Positions 9,141 to 19,600 of a stretch of 40,903 nucleotides of DNA are shown in pieces. Every line of letters starts with the position of its first letter. Within the stretch, counting starts at the first letter, position 1. Where the stretch lies: positions 1-40,903 of the IMG/VR virus record IMGVR_UViG_3300032295_001731; one strand, 5' to 3'. The notes under the pieces were generated by a model that did not search any database, was not told the DNA's origin, and was given only the letters and a program-made list of their open reading frames with translations. Source of the stretch: a virus. Taxonomy: Duplodnaviria > Caudoviricetes. A program made the translations under genes and the position numbers.

Positions 9141-12100
9141 TTAACAATCTATATTTATTAAGTTGCTCTTCTTCAGAGCTCTAGTTATATTATCAAAGTT
9201 ACGCTCTATTTTTGAAACTCTCTTAAAAGACTGGCCTGTTCTTTGCTCAAATTCTTTAATTGCATCATTTTTCTTTGACAAGTTTCTAATCGATGATATG
9301 GTTGAAATCTCATCAAACATATTCAATGATTGCATTTCCATTGCCCTTTCTACATCAGCAGTAGTTTCTGTGTTAGGCATTATTATCTTCTCGACCTCAG
9401 CAACTAATTGAGGATTAGATCCATCTTGCTTTGCTTGATTGTACATAGACACAACCTCTTCAACATCAAAGCCTGCATTCTTCATGCCCTTGGAAATCTT
9501 TTGAGTCTTAGGTCCTTTTAGTTTGGTTCCATCACCTATTTTAGATCCAAGTGTTGACTTTAATTTATCAGCAAGTCCTTGGTTGCTTTCTACAGCTTCA
9601 GATATCTTACTAGATATTTCCTGGTCTGTCATTTGAGGTTTTTCGATTACCTCTTCAGTTACTTTAGTTTCTGTAGGAGTTACTTCTTCTGTAACTTGCT
9701 CTTGTTCTCCTTGAACCATTCCACTAGGGCTAGGCGTTTCTTCGCTTGGTTTAGAGACAGGTTGTTCTTCGATAGGTTTTTCCCCTTCTCCGAATTCACT
9801 TGATACCCTTTGCTGGTCTTCTTGATCATCTTTATTGATTTTATTTTGAGCTTCCTCTTTATTTAACATTGATTGAGCATAATCAGAAGCAGCACCTTTT
9901 CCTTTATTAATGTCTTGTCTTAATTGGTTCAAGACTGCGTTCACCTGATTTCTCTTTTCTTCAGGCATAGCATCCATAGCTTCTTTGGCAGTATTGCCTT
10001 GAGCTACACCGAATGCAGTACCTAATATAATAGAAGATATTACAAATTGCTGTATCTTATCTATAGTTCCAAATGATTCTTGAGCAGCAGCAATCATCTC
10101 TTGGAAGTTATCCGAGTTAACGTATATTCCTGCTAACTCTTCGCCTAACTCACTAGGAACCTCACCAAATCCACGAGAAGCCATTTTACCTGCTTTAGCT
10201 AAGGTGTTAAGAGCTACATTAGCATTGCTTCCAAATATATTGTAAACATAGTTGAATACTTTTGTTGCCCCCATCTTATTAGCAGCAACAGAAAATGCCT
10301 CTCCAAAAACACCACCTGTAGCACCTGAGATTAGATTTAATTGATTATCTGGATCATTAAAAATATCTCCGGCAATTTCAAAGTTAACAGCTTCTTGAGC
10401 TATTGGCTTAAGGAATCTACCAAGCTTAGTTGTGCTCATAGCTGCATTGTACGCATCATTTAATCCTTTTGCATACTTCTCAGCTTTGGTAATTGTATTT
10501 GCTCCTGTAATTAACTTCTCTGCATTTACCAATCCTTTAAGCATTGTTCCTGGAGCCTCAGAAGCTAACATAACCATTGACATATAAGCCAATGATGTAC
10601 CAGTCATTTCTGCAAATGATTGCGGACTCCAGAAGTCAACATTCGTTTTTTCTTGAATCTTATCAAGAGCATCAGGAGTAACAAAGCTATCAGGATTGAA
10701 ACCCTGATCTTTCATTGTTTGACTTATGATCTGAGCTTTTTCATTCTCTGATTGATAGCCATCGGCAGCAGACATAGTAGGGGTCAATGCCTTAGCATAT
10801 CCATTTACTAATGAATCCCAGAATCCAGTTCCTTGAGCTGTAAATCCTGTATCATTATTATAGTAAAGTGGCTTTAAAGCATTCAGAGTGGCTTTATTTT
10901 TTAAGTACTCTTGCTCTGCTTTAGATAATGAGTATAAATCTTTCCAATCTAATAAATCCTTTGTTCTCATGATTATGCGATCCATAGATGCGTAATCAAT
11001 CTTATTCCTAGTAGCTAACTCTTGATTCTTCTTCTGTAAGTTTTGATAATATAAATCAAACTTTTGTTTTGAATTCAATCCTTTAGGCAAAGCATCAAAA
11101 GCTAATCTAGCCGTTTCAGTCTCTAGACCTGCAACATTGTTTAATATCTTTTTAGGATTGGTAAGGAAAAGAGTATTTGTTAAATTCTCATTATCGTATA
11201 TCCTTTTTTCAATTGTATCAAGTTCTTGCTTTTTACTTTTAATTTCAGCAGATAATGCAGAAGCAAGGTTGGTATCATTTTTTCTTCTTGCTGCGCCTAA
11301 CTGATACTGCAAGCTTTCAATTTCATTCTTAATATCAGAGGCAGAACTTTTATCATTGGAAATCATTTCCTTTGATTCAGCAAATCTCTCTGACATTATT
11401 TGATTGTATCGCTGTAGATTTTCAGCAAGCTTCTTTTCAATATATTCAATCTCTAAAGGAGAAGCATTTTTTGTGTATGAAAATTCTCCAGTCTTTGGAT
11501 CTATAGATATATTGCCTTCATCAACATTTTCCAAAATAAAGTCAGACATAAATCTAACCTCATTAAATGTCCTAGCGGCAAACTGATCAGCAGGAGACAT
11601 TGACTTTTGATCAAAGTCCGTTTGAAAAGATTTCTTTTTATTCTCGTAATTTAATCTGTCAACGCTAATTCCAGCTGAGTAAGCCTTATTAATTAAATCA
11701 TTGGCATTTACAGCATCATTAAAGTACTGCTCACCACTAGATAATAAATCTGCTATCTTTTGAGCCTTTAATTCGCTATAAGATCCATCTCCTAATATTT
11801 GCTTGATGTCATTCTGAATACCAACTAAGTATTCTTTTTGATCCATCGTAAGCTTATCTTGAGCATAGTTTAATATCTCTGTCTCGGTAAAGTTTTTACC
11901 TTCTTCAAATGCGTCCTTTAATTGATTATTTGTCTCTTCAATCTTAGGAGTCATTGCCTTTATATCATCCACAAAAGACAATGCATCAGAAACATTTGTA
12001 TTAGGAGTAATTGGTTTTTCAATTGATCTAGATAGAACAACAGCTCCTGCCGTAGTAGGAATAGCTCTAGCTTCTAAGTTCTTAAGCCTAGCATCAAGAT

Positions 12101-13250
12101 TCTCACCTGTTACCTTTGTAAATTTCTTACCAGATCCTGAATCGTCAACATACCATTGACCATTTTCTTTTTTGAATAAAGCTTCTTCTCTACCCGGAAA
12201 CTTGTATAACCCATTGTCTAATTTCTTTTTAGACGCATCGTATACAGCCTTTGTCTCGGGAGACATTCTAGCTACGTTTGGATTGTAATTAAAGTTTACA
12301 GTTCCATCCTTATTATATTTATCAGTCTCAGAACCAATCTTTGGTTTTGTAAGATCTGTAAAAGCAATGTTTTTAGAAACAACAGGATTACCACCCATTG
12401 TTACAGCTTGATTAGATAAATTAAATTTACCTAAGTTACCTTGTCTTGGATTTACAACTTGAGAAGTACCCTTAAGATTCTTATCATTGAACTTTACAGC
12501 AGAACTTTCAATGTATGCAACTCTCTTTTCTACGTCTCCATTGGTTAGTCTAAAATAACTATCTCCACCATTTGTAGACTTATACCAAGTACCACCTTCT
12601 TTTTTGAATACAGCATCAGATCCAGGAATCTTATAGTATCCATCTTTCTTTGGTGGATTCTTTTTAGGATCAGGATCTCCTTTGGCTTTATCAATAAGTA
12701 CTCTACTTCCTTTTAGCTTAACGCTTACAGCAGGACTGTAACCTTCGGTTAGATTCTCATCATTTTCTTGATTAGTTCCTAAGATTACTTCACCATCAGT
12801 AGTCGTATCTGAAGTAGGCTCATCGTATTCTATTTCAGTATCAGGATCAACCTCTACATCTTTTACCTCTGCTTTCTGTTCAGCCGCTGGATCAATAATG
12901 ACATCACCATCCGTAGTCATATCTGACAACGTGACGTTTTCACTATCATTAGCAACATCTAGTGGATCTGATACCTGAGTAGTAACCTGTTCAGTTACTT
13001 GCTCCGTAGGCTGTTCTGCAACTTGTTGTGGAGCCTCAGCTTGTTGAACTTGTACTTCTTGAGCACTTTCAACTGGGGCTTCCTGTTGAGCTTGTGGCTG
13101 TTGAACTTGCTGTTCTTGAGGTTGAGGAGCTGACTCAGCCTGAACCGGTAATTTAGCAGAAAACTGCTCCGGACTAACGTCTACATTAGATTTTGCTTGG
13201 ATAGTTTCACCAACACCACCTGTTTGTGTAGACATAAAATCTTGAGCCAT
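9141..13250 (-). CDS. Large virion cargo / DNA ejection protein (1369 aa)
   Basis: Disordered Gln/Glu/Pro-rich N-terminus, coiled coils, Gly/Ala-rich hydrophobic segments (possible membrane-channel region), only Cys is the last residue. Confidence 0.65.
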   Translation of the reverse strand: MAQDFMSTQTGGVGETIQAKSNVDVSPEQFSAKLPVQAESAPQPQEQQVQQPQAQQEAPVESAQEVQVQQAEAPQQVAEQPTEQVTEQVTTQVSDPLDVANDSENVTLSDMTTDGDVIIDPAAEQKAEVKDVEVDPDTEIEYDEPTSDTTTDGEVILGTNQENDENLTEGYSPAVSVKLKGSRVLIDKAKGDPDPKKNPPKKDGYYKIPGSDAVFKKEGGTWYKSTNGGDSYFRLTNGDVEKRVAYIESSAVKFNDKNLKGTSQVVNPRQGNLGKFNLSNQAVTMGGNPVVSKNIAFTDLTKPKIGSETDKYNKDGTVNFNYNPNVARMSPETKAVYDASKKKLDNGLYKFPGREEALFKKENGQWYVDDSGSGKKFTKVTGENLDARLKNLEARAIPTTAGAVVLSRSIEKPITPNTNVSDALSFVDDIKAMTPKIEETNNQLKDAFEEGKNFTETEILNYAQDKLTMDQKEYLVGIQNDIKQILGDGSYSELKAQKIADLLSSGEQYFNDAVNANDLINKAYSAGISVDRLNYENKKKSFQTDFDQKSMSPADQFAARTFNEVRFMSDFILENVDEGNISIDPKTGEFSYTKNASPLEIEYIEKKLAENLQRYNQIMSERFAESKEMISNDKSSASDIKNEIESLQYQLGAARRKNDTNLASALSAEIKSKKQELDTIEKRIYDNENLTNTLFLTNPKKILNNVAGLETETARLAFDALPKGLNSKQKFDLYYQNLQKKNQELATRNKIDYASMDRIIMRTKDLLDWKDLYSLSKAEQEYLKNKATLNALKPLYYNNDTGFTAQGTGFWDSLVNGYAKALTPTMSAADGYQSENEKAQIISQTMKDQGFNPDSFVTPDALDKIQEKTNVDFWSPQSFAEMTGTSLAYMSMVMLASEAPGTMLKGLVNAEKLITGANTITKAEKYAKGLNDAYNAAMSTTKLGRFLKPIAQEAVNFEIAGDIFNDPDNQLNLISGATGGVFGEAFSVAANKMGATKVFNYVYNIFGSNANVALNTLAKAGKMASRGFGEVPSELGEELAGIYVNSDNFQEMIAAAQESFGTIDKIQQFVISSIILGTAFGVAQGNTAKEAMDAMPEEKRNQVNAVLNQLRQDINKGKGAASDYAQSMLNKEEAQNKINKDDQEDQQRVSSEFGEGEKPIEEQPVSKPSEETPSPSGMVQGEQEQVTEEVTPTETKVTEEVIEKPQMTDQEISSKISEAVESNQGLADKLKSTLGSKIGDGTKLKGPKTQKISKGMKNAGFDVEEVVSMYNQAKQDGSNPQLVAEVEKIIMPNTETTADVERAMEMQSLNMFDEISTISSIRNLSKKNDAIKEFEQRTGQSFKRVSKIERNFDNITRALKKSNLINIDC

Positions 13251-13266
13251 AATAAGTATTTAATTA

Positions 13267-13274
13267 CAAATATA
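13267..13274 (-). promoter_or_regulatory. Bacteroidota -7 box (TATATTTG)
   Basis: TAnnTTTG 16 nt upstream of ATG at 13250. Confidence 0.65.
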
Positions 13275-13295
13275 GTTAATATAAGGGCAAAATCA

Positions 13296-15791
13296 TTATT
13301 GAGCAATAACAACTCCTCCTGATTCACCAGATCCTGAAGATGAGTCAGGCGCACCTTGTGCTTCGGCAGATTGCTTAGTAGTGTATCCAGCTTGCTCATC
13401 CAATAACTGTTGACCAGCAGGATCATCAATTCTAGACCAAGCACCAACAACCTGACCAGGAAGTATGGTTTCTACGTAATTAACTTTTGCTCCAGTCTTA
13501 TCGTACTGCTCCCCTCTAGAGTATGGTTGCTCAACAGTTCTCTGAAGAGTTGCCTTTCTATTACTTCTATTGTATCTAGCTAAGTTATTAGCAGTTAACG
13601 GTTCAAATTGACCTTGATCATTGTAGAATCCTTTTTGAATCTGATGACCAACAACTTTTGTGTATATTGAAGAACCTGATTTACCCAATGCTGCTTTTTG
13701 CTCATCAGTAAACATTTGTTTACTTTCAGCCACCCTAATATTCTTTTTGCTATTAGCAATTTGTTGAGGTGTCAAGTTAGCGTCAATCCATTGTTTTTTA
13801 TCCTTATCGTAGTATTGAACTGCCATAACCCTAACAGGCTTGCCATTAACATAGATATCCTTAGATGTAATGCTCTTAGATTGAGTTTCCGTAGAAGGCA
13901 TTTGGACAACATATGATCCATTCTTATTCTTAACCAATTTAGTTCCTGCTGCAAAAGAGTAGTTATTCCAAACATTCTTAATTGCATTATCAAGGGCTTC
14001 TCCTTTAAGACCGCTCGCTTGAAGCGCAGCAAGTTCTTGGTTGAATGTTTTACCTGTTCTAGTGTTGACCGCATCATTTAGGTTGGCGTTAATTGTGCCC
14101 CAGAATGATTCTTTGTCAGATTCTTTTTGGTAATTAAACTTATCTCCATCTAATTGAAGTCTAGCTCTTGCAACATTTTGATTTGCAACAGTCTTAATTG
14201 AAGATGTGAATGATGCCGCAGGAATAGACTTCTCAAAGTAATCTCTCATCGTTTGACGTATTGGATCATCTTTAGAGTAACCTTGTCCATCCATCCAATC
14301 ATCGACTATTGAAGGATCAACATCAATGTATTTTTTAATTACAGTCATGTATGACTCAGTATCTCTAGAGCCATCCTCTACTGCTTTAAGATATCCATCA
14401 GCAGCTGCGTTTAATTCAGCTACATTTTCCTCTGTTAATTCCTTGCCTGTTTTAATATTTACAGGTACTTCAGTAGGATGCGCTACCCAATTAGGTCTCA
14501 TTCCATCAATCCAAACAGACGCATCAGAATATGATTTAACTCTATTTGTAATGTCAGATAGATTTTTCTTTCCACTGAAGTATTCTTCAGGATTCTCAAT
14601 AGATCCTGTTAAGAAGTCAGTTAATTCTTGTTTCATATCTTCAGGCATATAAGCACCTGGCTTACCATCTTTACCTATTGTAGCGGCTAAAAGATCCTTA
14701 GATCTAGTAGTTAGATATGTCATGTTCTTGGCCACAGCCTGAAGTCTATATTTGTTTCTTTGAGATTGTAAATCTTTATTATATGCACTTGGATTAAATC
14801 CTGTTCTTGCTAAATCTTCATACAATGTATTTACAGCATATTCATTAAACGCTTCCATAAGCTGAGGTGTTGTCTCAGGGACAGATAGTATTTTATCTAA
14901 CTCAGCTTGTTTTGATTTTGCCGCTTCTGAAATAGCACGTTTACGAGCATCGTATAGGCCCATAGGTAATAATCCTCCAGTGCCAGAATAAATAGTCTGA
15001 CTACCAATTCTACTACCACTGAATGTGCCTACAGCAATATCTCTAGCTGCACTTGGATAATAGTCTTGAATACCAAGTTTCTCCACAACAGCACCAGGTA
15101 TATCCTGAGACATTGCAGAATACATTTGCGCTAATTGATTAGTAACATCATTTTTAGTTGCTAATTGTGTGTAAGCAGGTCTTTGACCTTGAAGACTTTC
15201 ATCAGAAACTACCCTTGATATAACCTGACCGCTTCCTGGAACAATTTCTTCAGTTGCTTGAATTTGATCCTTAGGTTGACCGTATGCCGAATCATCAACT
15301 TCACCTTCAGGGAATGTATACGCATTAACTTGCTCCATAGGATTTACTTGTCCCACGGCATCCTTAGGTTGACCCCAAGCAGCATCATCTGTTGGATCTT
15401 CAGAAAGACTATAAGCAGATAATGTATTTAAAGTTTGATCATCTAATTGATCCTTTACACTTTGAGTCTCTTTATTGATTTGATTTACAAGTGTAGGAAC
15501 TTTAGTTAAATCAGATATTGATTCAGCATTGTCAACAGCTTCTTTAGTTACTGAATTAGAAACTGATGCAGCTGGATTTGAATTTTCTATTTGACCTAAA
15601 ACCTTTGAAACTGGATTAGTAATAGCAGAAATAGCTGCACCTTCTTTACCTGTAAATAAACCATTAGGCTCTACATTTGTTTTTGGAGATCCAAAACCTG
15701 ATTCATCAACATCACCTTCTGGCATCTGATATGCAGACTCTACTTTACCTTTTCTTAAAGCTTTTGATATACCTTTTCTCTGTTTAGCCAT
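13296..15791 (-). CDS. Virion cargo / ejection protein (831 aa)
   Basis: No Cys seen, N-terminal acidic repeats, location in ejection cluster. Confidence 0.6.
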   Translation of the reverse strand: MAKQRKGISKALRKGKVESAYQMPEGDVDESGFGSPKTNVEPNGLFTGKEGAAISAITNPVSKVLGQIENSNPAASVSNSVTKEAVDNAESISDLTKVPTLVNQINKETQSVKDQLDDQTLNTLSAYSLSEDPTDDAAWGQPKDAVGQVNPMEQVNAYTFPEGEVDDSAYGQPKDQIQATEEIVPGSGQVISRVVSDESLQGQRPAYTQLATKNDVTNQLAQMYSAMSQDIPGAVVEKLGIQDYYPSAARDIAVGTFSGSRIGSQTIYSGTGGLLPMGLYDARKRAISEAAKSKQAELDKILSVPETTPQLMEAFNEYAVNTLYEDLARTGFNPSAYNKDLQSQRNKYRLQAVAKNMTYLTTRSKDLLAATIGKDGKPGAYMPEDMKQELTDFLTGSIENPEEYFSGKKNLSDITNRVKSYSDASVWIDGMRPNWVAHPTEVPVNIKTGKELTEENVAELNAAADGYLKAVEDGSRDTESYMTVIKKYIDVDPSIVDDWMDGQGYSKDDPIRQTMRDYFEKSIPAASFTSSIKTVANQNVARARLQLDGDKFNYQKESDKESFWGTINANLNDAVNTRTGKTFNQELAALQASGLKGEALDNAIKNVWNNYSFAAGTKLVKNKNGSYVVQMPSTETQSKSITSKDIYVNGKPVRVMAVQYYDKDKKQWIDANLTPQQIANSKKNIRVAESKQMFTDEQKAALGKSGSSIYTKVVGHQIQKGFYNDQGQFEPLTANNLARYNRSNRKATLQRTVEQPYSRGEQYDKTGAKVNYVETILPGQVVGAWSRIDDPAGQQLLDEQAGYTTKQSAEAQGAPDSSSGSGESGGVVIAQ

Positions 15792-15795
15792 TTTA

Positions 15796-16584
15796 TTATG
15801 GAGTTTGAGTATTTAAACCTGATAATTGAGCCTGAAGAGCTTTAATTATTTGATTCTGTGACGCTAACTGAGTCTGAAGTGCTGAGTTAGATGAATTTAA
15901 TTGATCATTCTGACTTTTCATCTTTCCAGACCCTAAGGCAGCAAGTAAGTTGCTAGTTCCGTCCTTTTGCAAATTAGCAGCATCAGCCATAAGCTGTGAT
16001 CTCTGAAGCAATTGAATATCAGTAGCTCTGTTAGCCATACTTGTAGTTTGCTGTTGTTCAGCACCAAGTAATTGATTTAATTGACCACCGTATTGAGCTG
16101 CGATTTCTTTTGCAGCATTTCCAATCAACTGATTGTATTGACCAAAATTAGGAGTTCCTCCTGCTCTCATTGAGTTAGTCATAAGTGTCTTACCTAACTG
16201 TTTATTAGCAGCTAACTGAGAATTGTAAGCAGTTCCTGATTGAAGAGCTTTTCTTCTTCTTTGAATAGTAGATAGCATTTGACGCTCCATTGGACTTTCT
16301 GCCATTGGTGTCATTTCTTCACCTTTTTTCTTTTTTAAGAATCCAGCTAATGCTTGACCAGCACCAAAAGCAATACTTCCTAAGGCGCCAGTTCCTTTGC
16401 TGCCAGCAATCATATTTTTTATGCCTGATTTTAAATCACCAGAAGGCTGACCACCACGCAAAGAACCATCTCCCTGATTTAATGTATTATTAGGAACACC
16501 ACTTGGATTTGAATAACCAGAAGTATTTTTACCGGCAACGTCTTTAGCCATATTAACGGCCTGCATTATTAAGAACGGATCCAT
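15796..16584 (-). CDS. Small ejection protein (P22 gp7 / T7 gp14-like role)
   Basis: Gly/Ala/Gln-rich, GALGSIAFGAGQALAGF hydrophobic stretch, directly after the nozzle gene. Confidence 0.6.
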   Translation of the reverse strand: MDPFLIMQAVNMAKDVAGKNTSGYSNPSGVPNNTLNQGDGSLRGGQPSGDLKSGIKNMIAGSKGTGALGSIAFGAGQALAGFLKKKKGEEMTPMAESPMERQMLSTIQRRRKALQSGTAYNSQLAANKQLGKTLMTNSMRAGGTPNFGQYNQLIGNAAKEIAAQYGGQLNQLLGAEQQQTTSMANRATDIQLLQRSQLMADAANLQKDGTSNLLAALGSGKMKSQNDQLNSSNSALQTQLASQNQIIKALQAQLSGLNTQTP

Positions 16585-16597
16585 AATTTTCTTTTTT

Positions 16598-16605
16598 CAA
16601 ATTTA
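16598..16605 (-). promoter_or_regulatory. Bacteroidota -7 box (TAAATTTG)
   Basis: TAnnTTTG 13 nt upstream of ATG at 16584. Confidence 0.6.
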
Positions 16606-16609
16606 ATAA

Positions 16610-19600
16610 TTATTTTAAAGCCTTGTACTGCACTGCCGTACTTGTTACTAAGAAGTCTTCATCAGCAGAACTTACAATCTTAAATATTACCACCCTACCT
16701 TGATTTCTTTCATAAGGAGCGTAAATTGATCTTGGAATGTAACACTCGTATCCAAAGTAGTTCTTAATGCTTAATGGAACAGCATTAGCATCAACTACAG
16801 AATCATAAATGTCATTATTGTAATCAGAAAGAGATTTGTAAAAGTAAATCTGCTCAGGCTTGCTATTTGAGTTTACACGAATACGAATAAATTCTTTATC
16901 TGAAATAATTTCAGCATCAGAAATACCTGTTAAATAAGCCGGTATATCGTCTCCATTAATTTCATTACCAATACCTAATTCATAAGTACCTAAGCCTTTC
17001 ATTCCGAATAAATGGTTTTTATAATAAAGGTATTTATCGTAATTGTATGAACTTTGACACTGAAGTGCGTTTTGATTGATTCCATAGATTAACGTGCTGA
17101 ACTCATCTTCATTTTGTACATTCATAATATACTCTTTGTTGAGTACATTGAATCCACCTGACATCTTAGCTTCATAACCTTCTCCGATCAATTGATTGTA
17201 TTTACGGTTTAGCAATTCAAAGAATCCTGTTCTAGCAATCTCAGTTAATTGATTGTCAGAAAAAGCATAAGCAGATATGCCATTAGCAAAGAATATAGCA
17301 TTAGAATATTCAGCCCAAGATCTCCAAGTCTCATCATGCATTCCAATAGTTCTATCAATCCAAAGCTGATTAAGAATACCACCAACATCAGAACCAATAG
17401 TAGCAAGCTCATTAGCGTTAATTTCGTGAATAATTCTTTTATCAACAAGTAATAAACAAATACCGCTATCTGTAAATGCGTAAAGGTTATTTCCTTTATC
17501 ACCAGATATAGCAGACCAAGCAAACTTGATTTCACCTGTATCATCAGAAATATCAAAGTAATTTGCAGCAGGATATGTTTTTACAGAAGGAGTATTCTGA
17601 GAATTAGGAGGTCTTCTTAATGACCATAATATTCTAGTACAAAAATCAATTTGTTCTTCAAATCCTACAGATGGTTTTGTAAAAAAGCTTTTATTTGTTT
17701 GACCTTTAGAGTAATCAATGTTAGTCTGCAAGTCATTCATCAAGAATCTGAATCCACCATTATTCCATAGATTCCATTCGTAACCATAGTCATTAAAATA
17801 ACCAGGTATCATATTGTTATCGTCAGCAAATTGAACAGCATCCACAGGATCACTTTCCTCCCACTTGTAAGGTCTTGGAATGTAATTAATTAGAGGATAA
17901 TACTGATCACTAACTGCTTTATCAGGTTGTTCTACGTTGAATGCAAAAGATAGGTTAATCCTAGTTTCTGCTGTCCAAACAAGAATCATTTGCCTCATTA
18001 ATGCAGCGTTAGCTTTAAGTGCACCACAGAATTGGAAGTCATATCCAAAGTCATAGTTCCATGGAGCAGAGTTTTCCCAAATAGGATATGTATCAACAAA
18101 TGTATATCTCTTAAGTGGGAATGGTAAGTCTAACTTAAACTCATTATTAGGGAACAACCAACCACCTTCTAATTGAGATGGGTTGGCATCATTGTCATAG
18201 TTATTGTCTAGAGCTGCCCAAATAGATTCATTTATATAAGTATCACCACCATAAACCTGAACAGGTATTCTAGGGTCGTAATTTACATAAACCTTTCTAT
18301 CTTTAGGTACAACAGAGAATAAACTATATCCTGATATCTCGTTAAAGTTTAACGTAAATACACGACATACACCATCTCCATCGCCTGCTGATTCGGTACT
18401 AGTATATACTCCATATATTCCAATTCCATTTGTTAAGGTTGAATTAGTATATGGACCAGGAGCAGCAGCAGCTAATCCGTTTAATATTGTAGTTTTATTA
18501 GAAGGGGATTCGAATTGAATGTTCATCCAAGGTTTTACATTTCCATTCGGCTCTTCAATAAATACAAATCTCTTTGTTGAGTCGTAAGCTGTAGTAACCT
18601 GACCATCAATTCTAGGAATACAATCTTCCCATCTTTCAGATACTAAAACAGCACTTTGATTTGCATCTCCATTTGATTCAAGAACTAATGACTTGAATTT
18701 AACATATGAAGATCCGTATTTGTACTCAGTAATAACGCCTTGATTTACATCTACATCCTTAACTAAGTTTATGACATATAAAGGCTCTCTCCACTCCATA
18801 ACACCAGGTTCGTTAGCATTATTATTTGTATTTAATGCTGTCAATCCATTTACTGCGTTGTACACATCAGGATTTGAAGAATCTAATGTTACTTTAAAGT
18901 AAGACTGTCTAGTAGAGTTGGTTGTCGTTTCTTGAACATCTGAAATAGTAAATTCTAAGTTACCATTTCCATTCGAAGGAAACGCTGGAGAATCACCTGT
19001 TACAAGGTTGGTATATCTCCCGTATGCAACATACTTAAAAAAGTTGAATGGATCATTAGGATCTGGGATACCAGACTCATTACCGATACCAGGATTGAAT
19101 TGATCCGCTATATCAGAAGAGTTTCTGTCTCTAAGGATACGTGCATATGTAATCATATCAGTACCCTTTCTTCTGCTGTCAAGCTCTTCTTTATAAGTAT
19201 TGTAAATTTCTGAAAAGTATCCAAGAGGGGAAACCAATTGAATCTTGTATGAATTTGGATTATTAATTAAATCCTCTGCAATCTCAGGGTTTAATATATC
19301 TAAATCAGGGAAATAAGACCAAAAAGAATTTAATTCTTTCTCTACAGTGGCTATAATTCCATCTTGAGGAATAAGAGAGTAAAATCCTAGACCTTGAGCA
19401 ACAACTCTTTTTGCAGGTTCAGTTTGTACTACAGAGAATCCATCAGCCCATTTAGGCCAAAGGTCAATACCTTTAAAACCAAATCCTTGAGCGTAGTAGT
19501 TTAATCCAAATCCTTCAGGTGCATAAGTTACACTAGGGCCATTGTCAACAGAAGCAATTCCGTTAACTGCCTTATTCAACTTGCTATTTGTATCAAATTG

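Noticed and set aside
4321-15791. crAss-type virion RNA polymerase subunits
   Set aside because: No DFDxD/NADFDGD-like catalytic motif found in any of the large proteins by eye; cannot be fully excluded without a profile search
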